DNA of 64,000 nt, taken from the NCBI RefSeq assembly GCF_037042905.1, contig NC_087250.1, positions 27,592,001 through 27,656,000 on the forward strand, read 5' to 3'. A program made the position numbers and the translations under genes. This document shows, in pieces, positions 34,762 through 48,500 of the stretch; the stretch's first letter is position 1; every line of letters starts with the position of its first letter. This stretch comes from Lytechinus pictus (Eukaryota). The notes below the pieces were generated by a model. It did no database searches. It was not told where the DNA came from and saw nothing but the letters and a program-made list of their open reading frames with translations.

Positions 34762-36000
34762 GTCACAGTACACGCACAACTCCCTCATTACTTAGTACTT
34801 ATTTCACTTATATTCTCACTTTTATAGACTCTATCACAAGGTGAGGTGTTCTCTTTATGAGAGGACAAGTACAGAGGTTTCACGACATTATATCATTGAT
34901 GAATCGTTTGTCATATGATTAGAATAAGCAAAAAGAGATGTTTTGGGGTATATTTTCAGCGTCCAAAAGGGGAAAGTTGTTCATCTGTGACATATCATAG
35001 ATCTTGGTCGCATTGCCAATGGGAGGATCTCCATAGCATTAGTGATCTCGACATTCAAATGCTCATAACTCTTCTATTGCTAGTCCTATTTTACTCAAAC
35101 TTTTGTTGATATTCTTTGATTTTTCTGCTTTCACAAAAGCTAACTTGCTCCAAGAGTTTCATTCGATCATATCTCCTTTATTTTAATCAATGTACTTATT
35201 GGTCGCTAGAGATGAGCCACAAGTTCTGCTATCCTTAGGCTTGGCCTGGTCACGTCAGTAACATTTTCTCACGTTTTAGCATTTGACTTCGAGAAAATAT
35301 TGAATGCTTGAATTTGAAGAAGGGAAAAGGAGGTTACAATTCTCCGATTTAAAATTCAAAGTCCAACATTATTAAGGTACTGAGTGAGTAAATTATAGTA
35401 AAATGGAGTGAGGTAAGGCCTTAGTCGTTGGTAATATTATGGCAAGTCCCACATATTCATATTTGTGTAAGTTAATTTGTAACAAATGACGGATAGTGTA
35501 CTTAAATGGAGCTGGAGATATAGAAAGTGAAATGGGAATTAGCCTACGTCATGACTAGAGTGAAAATAGGGAAATAAACAAGAGATGGCAGTAGATCTAC
35601 AGCGATTCCACTCATTATATTTGCATGAAAGGAGGTGTTGAAAGTGTGAGGCCGGGCGGGAGAAGTGCCCATTGCAAAATAAAAATTTCGGACACTTGAC
35701 TGGTCTTCACTTTATTAATTGGACCAAAACAAAAATATATAATCATTCATTGAATCAAATAAAAATCATGTCTATTTCTGAAGTACAAATGTTGAATATT
35801 AATGTCATTAAAAAAAGGAATTGAAAAAATATGACCAGTAGATCATGTAGGCCCTAGATCTAAACCGTAAACGGAAATTATTTACTTATCATCTCATCAG
35901 CTCAGTGGCAAATTGTCCATAGTCTGGACTGGAGTGCCCACGGGTACATTACCGGTACCGCCGCCGTGCACAGGATAACCACTGGCACGGCACTTGCAAT

Positions 36001-37685
36001 GGCTTGTTATATTCACTCGCGTTCGTAATCACTCGCGTCGCGTTGGTAATCACACGCGTTTTTTATTTTTGGCGATTTTTTTTTCATTTCGGTGCGATTT
36101 TTTTTTCTAACGGTGTCTTCAATGGGACAAACACGCTGGGAAAATAAAATGAAATTGAAATTCGAGTTTCGTTTTAAGCCGGCAAGTGCCTTAAATAAGA
36201 TGTACTCGACTACTGTTTTTACATAACAAACAAGCAAATCTGCCATGTGGCTCAACTAACTTAGAATAGATCCGGACTTCTACTGTGTCTTATACGATGA
36301 CTCCGAGTCGGAACTTGCCATATCTGCCACATCGATATTACATCGTATCATTCCCATATGCGGACATGCCTGCATGCAATGGCCCCAAGGCGGCCGGACC
36401 CGGCCGCGGTCGGACACGACTTGCATCGGTAGCATGGAACAAGCTAACGTGAGTCGAGCTGAGTTAGATCCCACGTTACATATGAGACGCCGATTGTACC
36501 AATATTATATAGAACAATTATTTGTTACATAATCATTATTCATTAAATAATAACTATTATTTATATATAATTTACATTCTATTTGTAAATAATTACTATT
36601 ATATAAAATAACATTTCTAATTATTTATATATAATTCCAAATAATACTTCATTATTTGTAAATAATAATAGTTCGACATTCTATTATTTATAAATAATGA
36701 TTATTTATAAATAATGGGATATTCAAACAAAAATGTTGTTTATAAATAATAAAACACGATGAATTTTCATTATTTATAAATAATGGGAAACTCAACAAAT
36801 TATTTATAAATAAAGAAATGTGCACTGGCATTGTTAATGGATAATTATCATTTACAAATAATAGAAAACTCGACAAACTTATTTATAAATAATAAAAAAA
36901 CGAATTGCAATTATTCATAAATAATGAAGTATGCAGTGTCATTATTTATAAATAATGAAACACAAAAATTATTATTTATAGATAATGAAAAACAAATAAT
37001 CATTATTTATAAATATTGGAAAGTCGAACTATTATTATTTACAAGTAATGAAGTATTACTTGGAATTATATATAAATAATTAGAAATGTTATTTTATATA
37101 ATAGTAATTATTTACAAATAGAATGTAAATTATATATAAATAATAGTTATTATTTAATGAATAATGATTATATAACAAATAATTGTTCTATATAATATTG
37201 GTACAATCGGCGCCTCATATATAACGTGGGATCTAACTCAGCTCGACTCACGTTAGCTTGCTCCATGCTACCGATGCACGTCGTGTCCGACCGCGGCCGG
37301 GTCCGGCCGCCTTGGGGCCATTGCCGGGGCCATTGCATGCAGGCATGTCCGCATATGGGAATGATACGATGTAGTATCGATGTGGCAGGTATGGCAAGTT
37401 CCGACTCGGAGTCCTCGTATAAGACACAGTAGAAGTCCGGATCTATTCTAAGTTAGTTGAGCCACATGGCTGATTTGCTTGTTTGTTATGTTAAAACAGT
37501 AGTCGAGTACATTTTACTTTAAGGCACTTAATTGCCGGCTTAAAACGAAACTCGAATTTCAATTTCATTTTATTTTCCCTGCATGTCTGTCCCATTGAAG
37601 ACACCGTTAAAAAAAAAAAATCGCCAAAAATTCAAAACGCGAGTGATTACGAACCCGCACGCGACGCGAGTGATTATAAACTGCC
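36001..37685. mobile_element. Foldback element with ~650-bp inverted arms and AT-rich satellite core
   Basis: Arms 36001-~36690 and ~37000-37685 are reverse complements. GGC...GCC ends and 8-bp TSD CTTGCAAT (35993-36000, 37686-37693). Confidence 0.85.
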
Positions 37686-37879
37686 CTTGCAATGCCTTTT
37701 AGTGCGGTTTCCTTTAAACTAGCGATAGCTAAAGATTTTATGTAAGATAAGCTTTGGATATGAAACTTACCAAACGATATGAAGCCAATTTCAATTCCTC
37801 TCTGTCTTTCTGGTACTTTATATCAAACATTTTTCTTGATGTTGAAGCAGGCATGCAGCCGATTCGCTGGTTTACTCTA

Positions 37880-38201
37880 TACGCACTGAGAGGGCGCGCG
37901 ATATTATTTAATAAACTTGCTTGTTTCCGCTTGTTTCCGTCGTTTACGTCAGATCAGCTGTACTACTGGTTGCGTTCTAGGCGCTCCGCATTTTTTCGCT
38001 GTTCAGCGTTATTTTATGATGTAGCGCCATCAGCGATTATACGTGAGATGCCTGTTGATTTTTTTTGGTACAATTTCCTATTATGCGCCGGCGACTTGAA
38101 TCTAGACTGTTCGATAGGAAAAATTCGCATTTCGATTGTTGTTTGCCTAATTTCCACCGCAGTATTAAGGATCGGACGGAGTAACTGGCTGAGATTTGGA
38201 G
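37880..38201 (+). promoter_or_regulatory. Candidate promoter / non-coding first exon of MTRF1L
   Basis: CpG-rich patch with tandem TTTCCG (ETS-like) sites, ending in GAG|GTAAGC at 38201. Matching acceptor TTCCTCAG at 39455, upstream of the ATG. Confidence 0.4.
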
Positions 38202-39030
38202 GTAAGCGTTTAAAATCCCTTTTTATTAATAAGATAGAGCACCAATTTTAAAACTAGATTACATTATAAGATTTAGACGAATAAATTTAGTGCACTGTAA
38301 AGATTTAGGCGTGTTTCATATTCACACATTCTTGGTGATGAATGAAAACGTCAAAGTTCATTATGAAATGACATGCGTTGTGCGAGGTTAGTACAACTAA
38401 CCTCGCAATTAGTCGCATGCTTGTGTGAGTGGGAGTGTTGGGACTGTATACAATGCCGGATAGATCTGGACCATTTCTGCACAGCGATTTGGAGATCGCT
38501 GATTGGTCAATCATGTCATGACTACGTGGTCGCCAAAATAATTACTTCGGACCGCGTACGGAAGTATCGATAGCGGTAACGATATCCTGTCACATTGTAT
38601 ACGGTCTTGGTTCGTGATTGGATCGCTCCAGCTCAGTGTAGGTCTATTGATCGAATATTATCAAGACGCTGCAATTTATTTTATGCATATTCAAGCGACG
38701 CTCCAAAAGGCAATGGCTGGATGACGTAATTTAATAAGGGTCTTTGTTCTGAAAACGAGCGTACACTCTTCAACAGCACGCATTTCCCATTCAGTCGGCA
38801 GAAATGTTGGATGTTTTGGAGAGTGCCATATTAGAAAGGGTGTCAAATTTTCCGCCGTGGCCATTCCAGTTTTTCTTGCGATAGATTGAACAAGTGCGAT
38901 CTCGGCAGCGATATTTCTGGTGGAAATCACTTCCCCCTTATCAGATTGTCTGTCTTGAAAAGAATAAAGATTTACCATCATCTTCATTTTACAGTCACCA
39001 TGATCTCCAAAAGAGTGGAGGTATCACCTA

Positions 39031-39065
<35 letters not shown>

Positions 39066-39505
39066 TCTCATTGTCAAAACATTTACAAGCAAAGTGTATC
39101 ATTATCATGTTCTAGATAGATGACACAATATTATTTTAACCCTTTGCCCACCACGGACACCCTCCTGCGCCGCATTAATTTCAAGGTGCAACCTTTAGAG
39201 GGGTTTAGCATGGATGGACTCTGCTAATACAGCTCACTTAAGCTTTTGTTTGGAATTGGTTTAGTGTAAAGAAAAGCTTTGCGATGCACTCATCACTAAT
39301 TTGTGTATGAACAATAGACTAATTGCACTTGGTTTGTATTGTGAATAGAATGTGGCTTGAATCTAACTTGGCTGTCTGCTCTCTGTGACTAGTTGAACAA
39401 TGCAGGCAAAGAGTTAATAATCTTTTTTTTATTCTTTCTTCCCACCTTTCCTCAGAAGAAGGATGTGTATCGAAGATTTACTCGAAGGAATATTGTTTGC
39501 AGACG

Positions 39506-42500
39506 ATGAATAGCATGATGCAAAGAACAACAAGACTTGTTTCATCTTGTAGACTTCAACTACAGGTGTTTGCAGCATGTCACAGTCACTCGCATACAGC
39601 AAGGCATAGTGTGTTTCACTTTCCTAGTCTAAAAACACATGGAGGAGAGGCTAATGTTTTGCATAATGGCAGAGTTTTTAAACGGAATCTGTCAGCATTA
39701 TCACAACGTAGATCAGAGTCAGACATTTGTAAACTCCAAAGAGCTCTTTGCAGGAATTTGAAACAAAGCTCGTCATTGCTATGTCAGATGAACCAAGTTA
39801 ATTGCATATGTTTCGGTCCAAGGAGATTCAAGGATAGTAGACAGATGTTGAATAGACCGGTACATCATCATTTCTCAACAATAGCTTCATATTCTGTACT
39901 GAATGTTTGCCGCAAGAGAAGATATAACCAGTCTGCAGTCACTAGTGCCTTCACATGTTGCAGAGTTCAAAGGTATGGATCCAGTGCTGTTGGAAATGAG
40001 ACCGGTGATCCCCTCTCACCTAAGAGCCCACAGTTCAGATGCTACATGGATCATCTGAGAAATGAGCACCAGGCCATCTCAGATAGACTTCAGGTTAGTA
40101 CCATTCTCTTTCCTGCAGTAGTATTGAGAGGAATCTAACATTTTATTTACCTGTTCAGGGATCTGTTTCATTAAACTTGTTTTAAACAAATCTGCAAAGC
40201 TAATGAAATCCTTCAATGTGATTGGCTGGTAGTAAATTTGTTATTGAAATGTTCATTATAATAAGTCTTAATGAAATGGGACAGAGACCCGTTTCCACAA
40301 ACAGTTGGAAACATTAATGCAACATGCGTACAATCCTTGATTGTGATTGGTTGCTGATCGAGCCATGTTTAAATTCAAATTCAAATATATATTCAACACT
40401 CATCATAAAAACACATTACAATATTATAGAAGTAGAACATAAAGGGAGATGAATATAAGATATAGAATGACAAAACACAAGGTATAAACATAATGAGAGT
40501 CTCGGGGTTAGCAGAAAGGAGGAGATCCCTTTCATAATTGCTACCCCCAACAAAATCCTAAAATTGAAAGTGGTAGATGTACATAAAAAATACTACACAT
40601 AAGAAACTACACTGAGCCACCGGTAGTGGTAGAGTGCACGCCTCATGAACGGGAGGTCGTTCAATCCCCGATCGAGTCATACCAAAGACTTACAAAAAAT
40701 GTGACCTTCTGCCTTCTTGTTAGGCGCGCAGAATTTAGATTGGAGAAGGGTAATAATAACATTATCATGTTATGTAGGGCCCACTGGTAGAGCAGTTTCC
40801 TAACTGAAGTGGCTACCCTGGGTAAATAAAACATTATTACTATTACTTATTATAGATATAAGATACAGCAGTTATATTTTCCCTTTTATTGTTTTGTTTG
40901 TTTTAATAGGGAGGGGAGCCGTTGTCAGACTCTAAACAGAAGGAGCTCAGGGGATCCATGATGGAGCTTGGTGAGATCCTTGAGAAATGGACCGAGCTGA
41001 TTTCAATGGAAGAAGAGAACAATGAAATTCAGCATCTTATCCAAGGTAAGTAGTGGTCATGATTTAAATGTGATTTTAGAAAAATATGAAAAATAAGGAT
41101 AAATTTGTGATATCAGCTGGCATTCTGATAGCTAAAACTAACAGTGATTTTAGTCAATGCTTCTGTGGAATGCAAGTGTTCATGTCCTCCTGCAGTACAC
41201 GTATCCATGACAGCTTATTTCCAATCGTCAAATTGCAAACTCGTCTACTATCGTTTGGTCTACCATCAGTTAGTCCACTCACCAAATGGTCTACTTTCAT
41301 TTTAATAGTCTAATGCCATTCTGTCTAATAACCAGTTGGTCCAATAGCCATATACCATTTGGTCTAATTGGACTAAGTGTTAAATTGTGCAAAGTGAATG
41401 AAAGTAATATGGATACTAGACCAACTGGTTATGAGACGAAATGGTCATAGATGAAATGGTGATTAGGTGAAGTGATGATTGGACTATTTTTGTTTAATGG
41501 ACCAAATGGTTGTTTGACGAAATGTTGATGGATGGAATGGCATTAGACTAAATGAAAGACCATGTGGTGAGTGGACGAGTTGGCAAATACCATAATAGTA
41601 ACTTTTATGCAATGGGGCACTGCTGTTCTTTGCGACCATTTTCTCCTGACTGATTGGAAGTTTCAATAGGGCCGTCTGCACCAGCCCGAGTTTTCAAATT
41701 AGTGCGCGATTTCTGATCCGGTAAATTATCCCGATCTGAAAAATCTCAAAATTATTTGTAATGGAGACGCAATCTCGCTGGATTAATCTCGATATTGCAA
41801 TCCCAAGTCAACTTTGGATTATTTGCAAAATAGTGCGCTATTTTCCGAATTATCCCGCTAATTTGCCGGTGCAGACGCACTCGGGATTATTTATTCATGG
41901 CGTCATACCATAATGAGTCGATGCCTCGCTCGAGCAAGAATCGCTCTTCTTGGGATAGTGGACACGGGGTTTCTTGAATCTCAAGATTAATCACGAAGAG
42001 GGCCGATTGGGCTAAAATCTTGAGATTAAGGAAACTCTGGCTTGTGCAGCACCGCCTATTGAGATTGCATTATATGGACATCTCATGCTTGAGTGAACCT
42101 TGAATTTATTCTGTTAATCATTAGATGGTCATGATAAAGAGATGCAGGATCTAGCTCTGTCTGAGAAGGATCAACTTCAGGATAGGATTGAAGATGTATC
42201 ACAAGAGGTAAGACCAAGAAAATCTCAATAGGCTCATTTTTATCTTAGCCATTGTTTTTATGATGAGCTATTTTAAAAGAAGTGATGTTTATTTCTGGCT
42301 GCTCTTAAACCATTCATTACGTAATGAATAATTATGTAAAGTTCAAAATTGCCTTCTATTGAGTTGTAAAGCAGTTCTTTAACTGAATTGAATTACCCTC
42401 CATTTTTTTTACTGATTGTTCAATAAAACGTGAAATAAGTAAATATTTTCCTTTGTTTCGAAGTGAAATTATTGACATGAATTTATATGGGATGAAAATA

Positions 42501-45500
42501 GTCCATTAGGATAATTTTTCAGCAATTCCTATTGTGGATTATGGTCAAACATACTTTTTGCTTTGATACAATATAAATTTTCATGATATAATTCTGACCT
42601 GATTTGGCAGATGCTAATTATCATTTTATGTAATTATTCTTATTGTCATACAACTCAAATGCTGTTTCAAGGGAGAGGGCCAACAGTACGCAAGGCATTG
42701 GAGTGAAGGGTTTGCACCACAGACGTGGGCCAGTTTCATAAAGAGTTACAAGTGTTGTAACTTTGCCATTATGGCAACTACCATGGTTACCTTGACTTTG
42801 ATTGGCTGCTGAGCCATGTTATCATGGTAGTTGCCATTATGGTAAAGTTACAACAGTTGTAACTCTTTATGAAACAGGCCCTAGCATTTAATCTTGTCTG
42901 ATCCATTAAAAGTGAAAAAAGTGCCCTAGATGCTGTAACGCAAATCTTTCAATTGAACTTGGACCGATTTTCATGCTCTATTGCATATATGTTGTGATCA
43001 TTATAACAGCAATCAAGCCAGCAAATATATTGTATACTCTGCGCTATGCCATTTGCTCTGATGAGAATGGCTCTGCTCTAAATTCCACATACTAATCGAT
43101 TGACCATCTTCAACCCTAAGTTTAACACTATACCCTAACCCTAACATACATGTATAACCCCATTGCAACCATAACCCTAACATCTGAGATAAAATTAATC
43201 CCGGAGCAATTGTCGCAGGAGCAAATGTCGTGTCACTGCATAATCAAGCCATAAATAAGATCATGAGCATTTGACCAGCGATCAAGCTAGCAAATCTGGG
43301 CTCCGTTGCATAAAAGTTTGTAGTGTTGTTGAAATAACATAAGAGCCAATGTAGACAACAGATATAATGAGATTCAGTCTTGACTCTCTGAGTCCAGTTT
43401 AATGTCTGATTCAATGTTGTACATTTAGGTGTGGCTTCACTCAAGCACGATAGTGCAATTCAATAGCTCAAATTAAACATGTAAGATTACAATGTATGCA
43501 GTAAATAACCAGGTGGTGACCTGAATATCTTAACTGTTCATGCACAACATTACTTTGAATAAATTATAGTTGCATCAATAATTGTATACACAACATTGTT
43601 ACCATCCAATGGTAAATTGCAGGTAATCCTTGATTTTGATTGGCTGTTGGTCGTTGTTACCATGGTAGTTACCATTGGATGACAAAGATATCATAATACT
43701 TTTTATGCAACGGGGCCCCAGTGTATGATCAAACCATAAGGTTTGTGTGACAGTCCATTCCATCTCATTTCTTTTGTCTTTCCTCTATAGTTGGTTGACC
43801 TTCTAATGTCATCCGAAGAGACTGATGATAATGATGTCATAATGGAGTTTTCAGCAGGTGTGGGAGGTCAAGAAGCTATGCTGTTTGCCTCTGATATGTT
43901 TGACATGTATCAACGATATGCATATTACAGACGTTGGTCCTTTACAATCCTCGAGTACTTTACCTCAGATATAGGTTAGTAAAAGTTGTATTGTTTGGAA
44001 CTGGAAAAATGTTGATGAAACGCTCCCCTGTGATAAAGGAGTCTTTGTTATGTATGAGTAGCATGATCATCATGGTATGTTATTTTGTTGACTCTGAGAC
44101 GATAGCTCTTTTCTGTCCTTGATATTTTCCTCGGGTATCATATTGCAAAGCATGTTCAAGTCTTTTAAAACCAATTGACTGATTGCAAACTAAATCGCTA
44201 AATGGACTGACTAATCAAGACCAATGTTACATGCGCATTTTGTTCAACATACTAACCAGGAACCAATCAGAAGTGTTCTTTTATATTTACAGGTACTTCT
44301 TTTTCTTTTGATCCCCTTTCCTTTCTCCATTTATCTCTTGATCCTGGCAATATGCAAGAATGTACGAATGTAGTCTTGGAAGTTTTAATTATACCTAAGA
44401 TCAATGGTATACAGTATACAGGATATGTTTAAACATTGTACCGTAAAGAGTAATTTACAATGAAATGTATACTTGTTTTTGTAGTTGTGTAATTCCCATT
44501 CATTTCAGTTTGTTAACTAATGTGGAGAATTTAAATTAATACCATTTATCGACATGTATCTATCTATTCATCTATCAATGCCTGATCTTTTCAAATCAGT
44601 TTATCTGGATAAAACAGTTTCTATTACCGAAGAGACCACCCTGTCTAAAAAAATAGATAAATCAGTTACTTCAATTTTTTTCCTAGGTGGATTAAGGCAT
44701 GCTACCGTTAGTATCACTGGTGATCAAGCTTATCGTCTTCTAAGACAGGAGGCCGGCGTCCATCGTGTTCAGAGGGTACCAAAGACAGAGAGACAAGGGC
44801 GTATACATACAAGCACCATGTCAATAGCGGTACTTCCACAACCTAAAGAGGTATAAACCAAGGGCGTATACATACTATTTCCATGTCTGTAGCGGTACTA
44901 CCACGACATAAAGAGGTACAAAAACAAGGGCGTATATAAACAAGTACCATGTCAATAGCGGTACTACCACAACCCAAATAGGTATAAACCAAAGGCGTAT
45001 ACATACATGTACTAGTACCATGTCAGTAGCGGTACTACCACAACCCAAAGAGGTATAAACCAAAGGCGTAAACATACTAGTACCATGTCAGTAGCGGTAC
45101 TACCACAACCCAAAGAGGTATAAACCAAAGGCGTATACATACTATTACCATGTCAATAGCGGTACTACCACAACCCAAATAGGTATAAGCCAAAGGCGTA
45201 TACATGTACATACTAGTACCATGTCAATAGCGGTACTACCACAACCCAAAGAGGTAAAAAACCAAGGGTGTATTTATACTAGTATTATATCTATAGCATT
45301 ACTGCCAAAATCTAAAGAGATGCAACCTAACAAGCACCATGTCTATAGTGGTACTACCACAGCCTAAACAGGTGCAACTTTCCACAAACAAAAAATATTT
45401 GAGAATGTTGGTAAAATAGCTTCAAAATGTTTTGAAAACTTTTTAGAACACTCTGAAATCATTTTGTGTTTGCTTAATACCCACCTCACTATTGTTTGTC

Positions 45501-48500
45501 TTATTGGTTAAAAGTTTTAGTTATCTTGCATTTGAATCTGTAGCAAGTAGGAAGTATTGTGACATCACTGTCATAGCATTAGTTTGCCTCTCCCCTTGTT
45601 AGCTACAGTATATACCTGTGCAGCTTAGAATACATGTAGTTATTGGCTAATTCTATGAAGTAAAAAATACCAGCCATTACTTGAAAATAAAAATAAAACT
45701 CTAATACCTTGGTCACATTTGCTCTATGGCAGCCATACGGCAAGTAAAGAACAGCCTTTTTAACATTTTTTTGTACCAGCTACATAGGTGGTGTGAATAA
45801 AAATGAATAAAACGGCTGTTTTTGACTCGCCGTACGGCCGCCGTAGAGCAAATCTGACTGAGGTACTAGTATTAGTTTCATATTCCTGTTGCATGGCCCG
45901 AATATACATAAAATGGATGTTTGGATTACTATAAATAATAAATTGTTCTAATTTCTGTTTTGGGCATAAAATTTTGTATTCCTTTCATTCTGAATTTTTA
46001 CTCTTTTAACTTAGATTGATCTGAAATTGGACCCTAAAGATCTGAGGATTGAAACAAAGAAAGCTAGTGGAGCAGGAGGTCAGCATGTGAATACAACGGA
46101 CAGTGCTGTTAGAATTACCCATATACCAACAGGTATTATATATCTACTACAGACAGTGCTGTTAGAACCACTCATATACCAACAGGTATTATATATCTAC
46201 TACAGACAGTGCTGTTAGAACCACTCATATACCAACATGTATTATATATCTACTACAGACAGGTATTATACATGTATATACATGTGGGGGTTTTCTGCCC
46301 TAAGACTACGGTGCGTCCCAAAAAAAACTATACACTTTTGAAATAGCTGCCAAATAAAAAGTATATAACTTTGGGGGAAATACTTATATATATGGAAAGC
46401 CAATAAAGTCATCTTTCAAATGACATCAAAATGTTGGAAAACTATTCATGCTTGAGTGAGCACTAGCCACTTAAACAAAGGGTATGAAAATTAGGGTGGG
46501 CAGGAATTAGCCTCTCGGTTTCTTTCAGTTTTTGAGAGGCGAGTCCCTTGGAACTTGCAAACTTGAGGGTGTTGGGATGAATTAATGGTCATTCATTATC
46601 AATTTAAATTGTTAGAGCAAATTTCATGAATTATCAAATTGAAATTCCATGCATGAGTGAGCGTGAATTGCAAATCTTTAGTGCAGCATTTTAACTTTAC
46701 AATGTGGGTCTCAGCAGTGTGTTTATTGGAGTCCGGAGAATGGGGGTAAGAAACGACTTCAATGGGTGAAGTAAGCTGATGCGAAAAGGGTCAACAGAAC
46801 GTTTAGCCTCCCTCCTACAGGTCCGTCCCACCCCTCCTGTTGAGATGGAAGCTGATTGCTATTACATGTACGCATTAAGTGCAGAGTGGACTGTAAATTT
46901 GATAATAAATTCTGAAAATTAGGTCATCAACTTTTACCTATCAATCATTTAATCAACAATCTGTTAGTAAATCAACTCAGTCAATGTGATCAATCAAATA
47001 TTCATCTTTTTCAATTAATTATCAATCAAACATTCAGCTTTTTCAATAAATCTTTTCATAAATCATCATCATTAGTCAAGTTCTTAATAATCATTCAATG
47101 GAAAAGAAAGACCCATCAACCATAAGTCACTTGGCATTTAAGTTTTAAATACCATCCAGGAGAAAGAAAGGGGGTGGAGGGCAGGCATGAGTACATGACA
47201 TGTAATTTGTAAGAGAACACAAAGAAGAATGCCCCTTTAACACAGTCTTACCCTATCTCACCCCCTTGCATGTAACAGGTACCATCACATTACTCTGACT
47301 CTCACAACCACACTTGCTTAGATCCACATAATAAACTAAAAATGCTACACTAAAATTACAATTCCTGTTTACTCATGCATTACATTTCAATTTAGTAACT
47401 CATTAAATTTGCTTAAGAAACCAAAACTGATCTCAATTCATCAGTAATTTAGCATAACACCCTTAACTTTGCAAGTTTCAAAGAACTCACCTCTATAAAA
47501 AAGTGGAAGGCTAATTCCTGCTCACCCTAGCAAATGCTAGCCTCTTAGGAGGGGTGAAAGGGGTAGAGAGGGGGGGGGGGGGGTTAAGTGTTCTGTTGAC
47601 CCATATCCCGTCAACCTACTTCCCCCACCTAAGACCCATCCCTATTCTGACTTCCATGAACACATTGCTGAGATCCACTTGAAAAAGTGAAAAATTGTAT
47701 TTCATGTTCACTCATGCATTAAATTTCAATTTAATAATTCTTGAAATTTGCTCTAAAAAGTAAAAACCTAAACTGATAATGCTTGATCATTGATTTATCA
47801 AAACACCCTCAACACTGCAGCACGTTTGGTCACCCTATCCAAAAAACATGTTCATATCACACCCATTCTGAAATCTCTACATTGGTTAAAGGTCAACAAT
47901 CGCATCATCTTCAAAATCCTTCTCCTTGTATTCCATGCAATTAACAGCTCTGCTCCACAGTACAATATTAATCTAATCAACAAATACACTCCTGTCAGGT
48001 CCCTACATTCATCCAACTCTGGTTCCCTAGTTATTCCCAAATCCGTTAAGACATGGGGGTTCGGGCTTTTGCTCATGCTGGCCCTGTTCTCTGGAATGAT
48101 CTTCCCCTGGTAATCCGAGAATGCACTTCTATTGACACATTTAAACGTTACCTTAAGACTCGTCTATTCAATGATTCTTACTCTTAATTGTTCCTGAATC
48201 TATTACTATTATATTTGTACTTTTTCTCTTTCTTTCTTTCGCTGCGCCTTGTGCACTCTGCCGAGTGGATTCGGCGCATTACAAATCACATATATTATTA
48301 TTATTATAAAAGAAAGGTCTGATGAAACACATGACCACCATCCCATGTTATCAATATTTTTTTAACGATACAGTCCTTTATATCAAACGTTAGAAGTTAT
48401 CTTTATGAATCTTGAATATTTGGTGCATTATACATTATTTTGTCTCGGGTTTGTCAGGTTTGCTTTTATTTTGTTCAATGCTATGTTAATTATTGTTTTG

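Noticed and set aside
36280..37432. Twin ORFs MGSNSARLTLACSML... on opposite strands
   Set aside because: Mirror images produced by the foldback arms; GTG starts and no coding signal.
37754..38251. 165-aa ORF upstream of MTRF1L
   Set aside because: No recognisable domain; it overlaps the probable promoter and non-coding exon and runs through a splice donor.
43110..43240. CCCTAA telomere-like repeats
   Set aside because: Few and degenerate, and embedded in what looks like a dispersed-repeat end (GGAGCAATTGTCGCAGGAGCAAATGTC); not a telomere.
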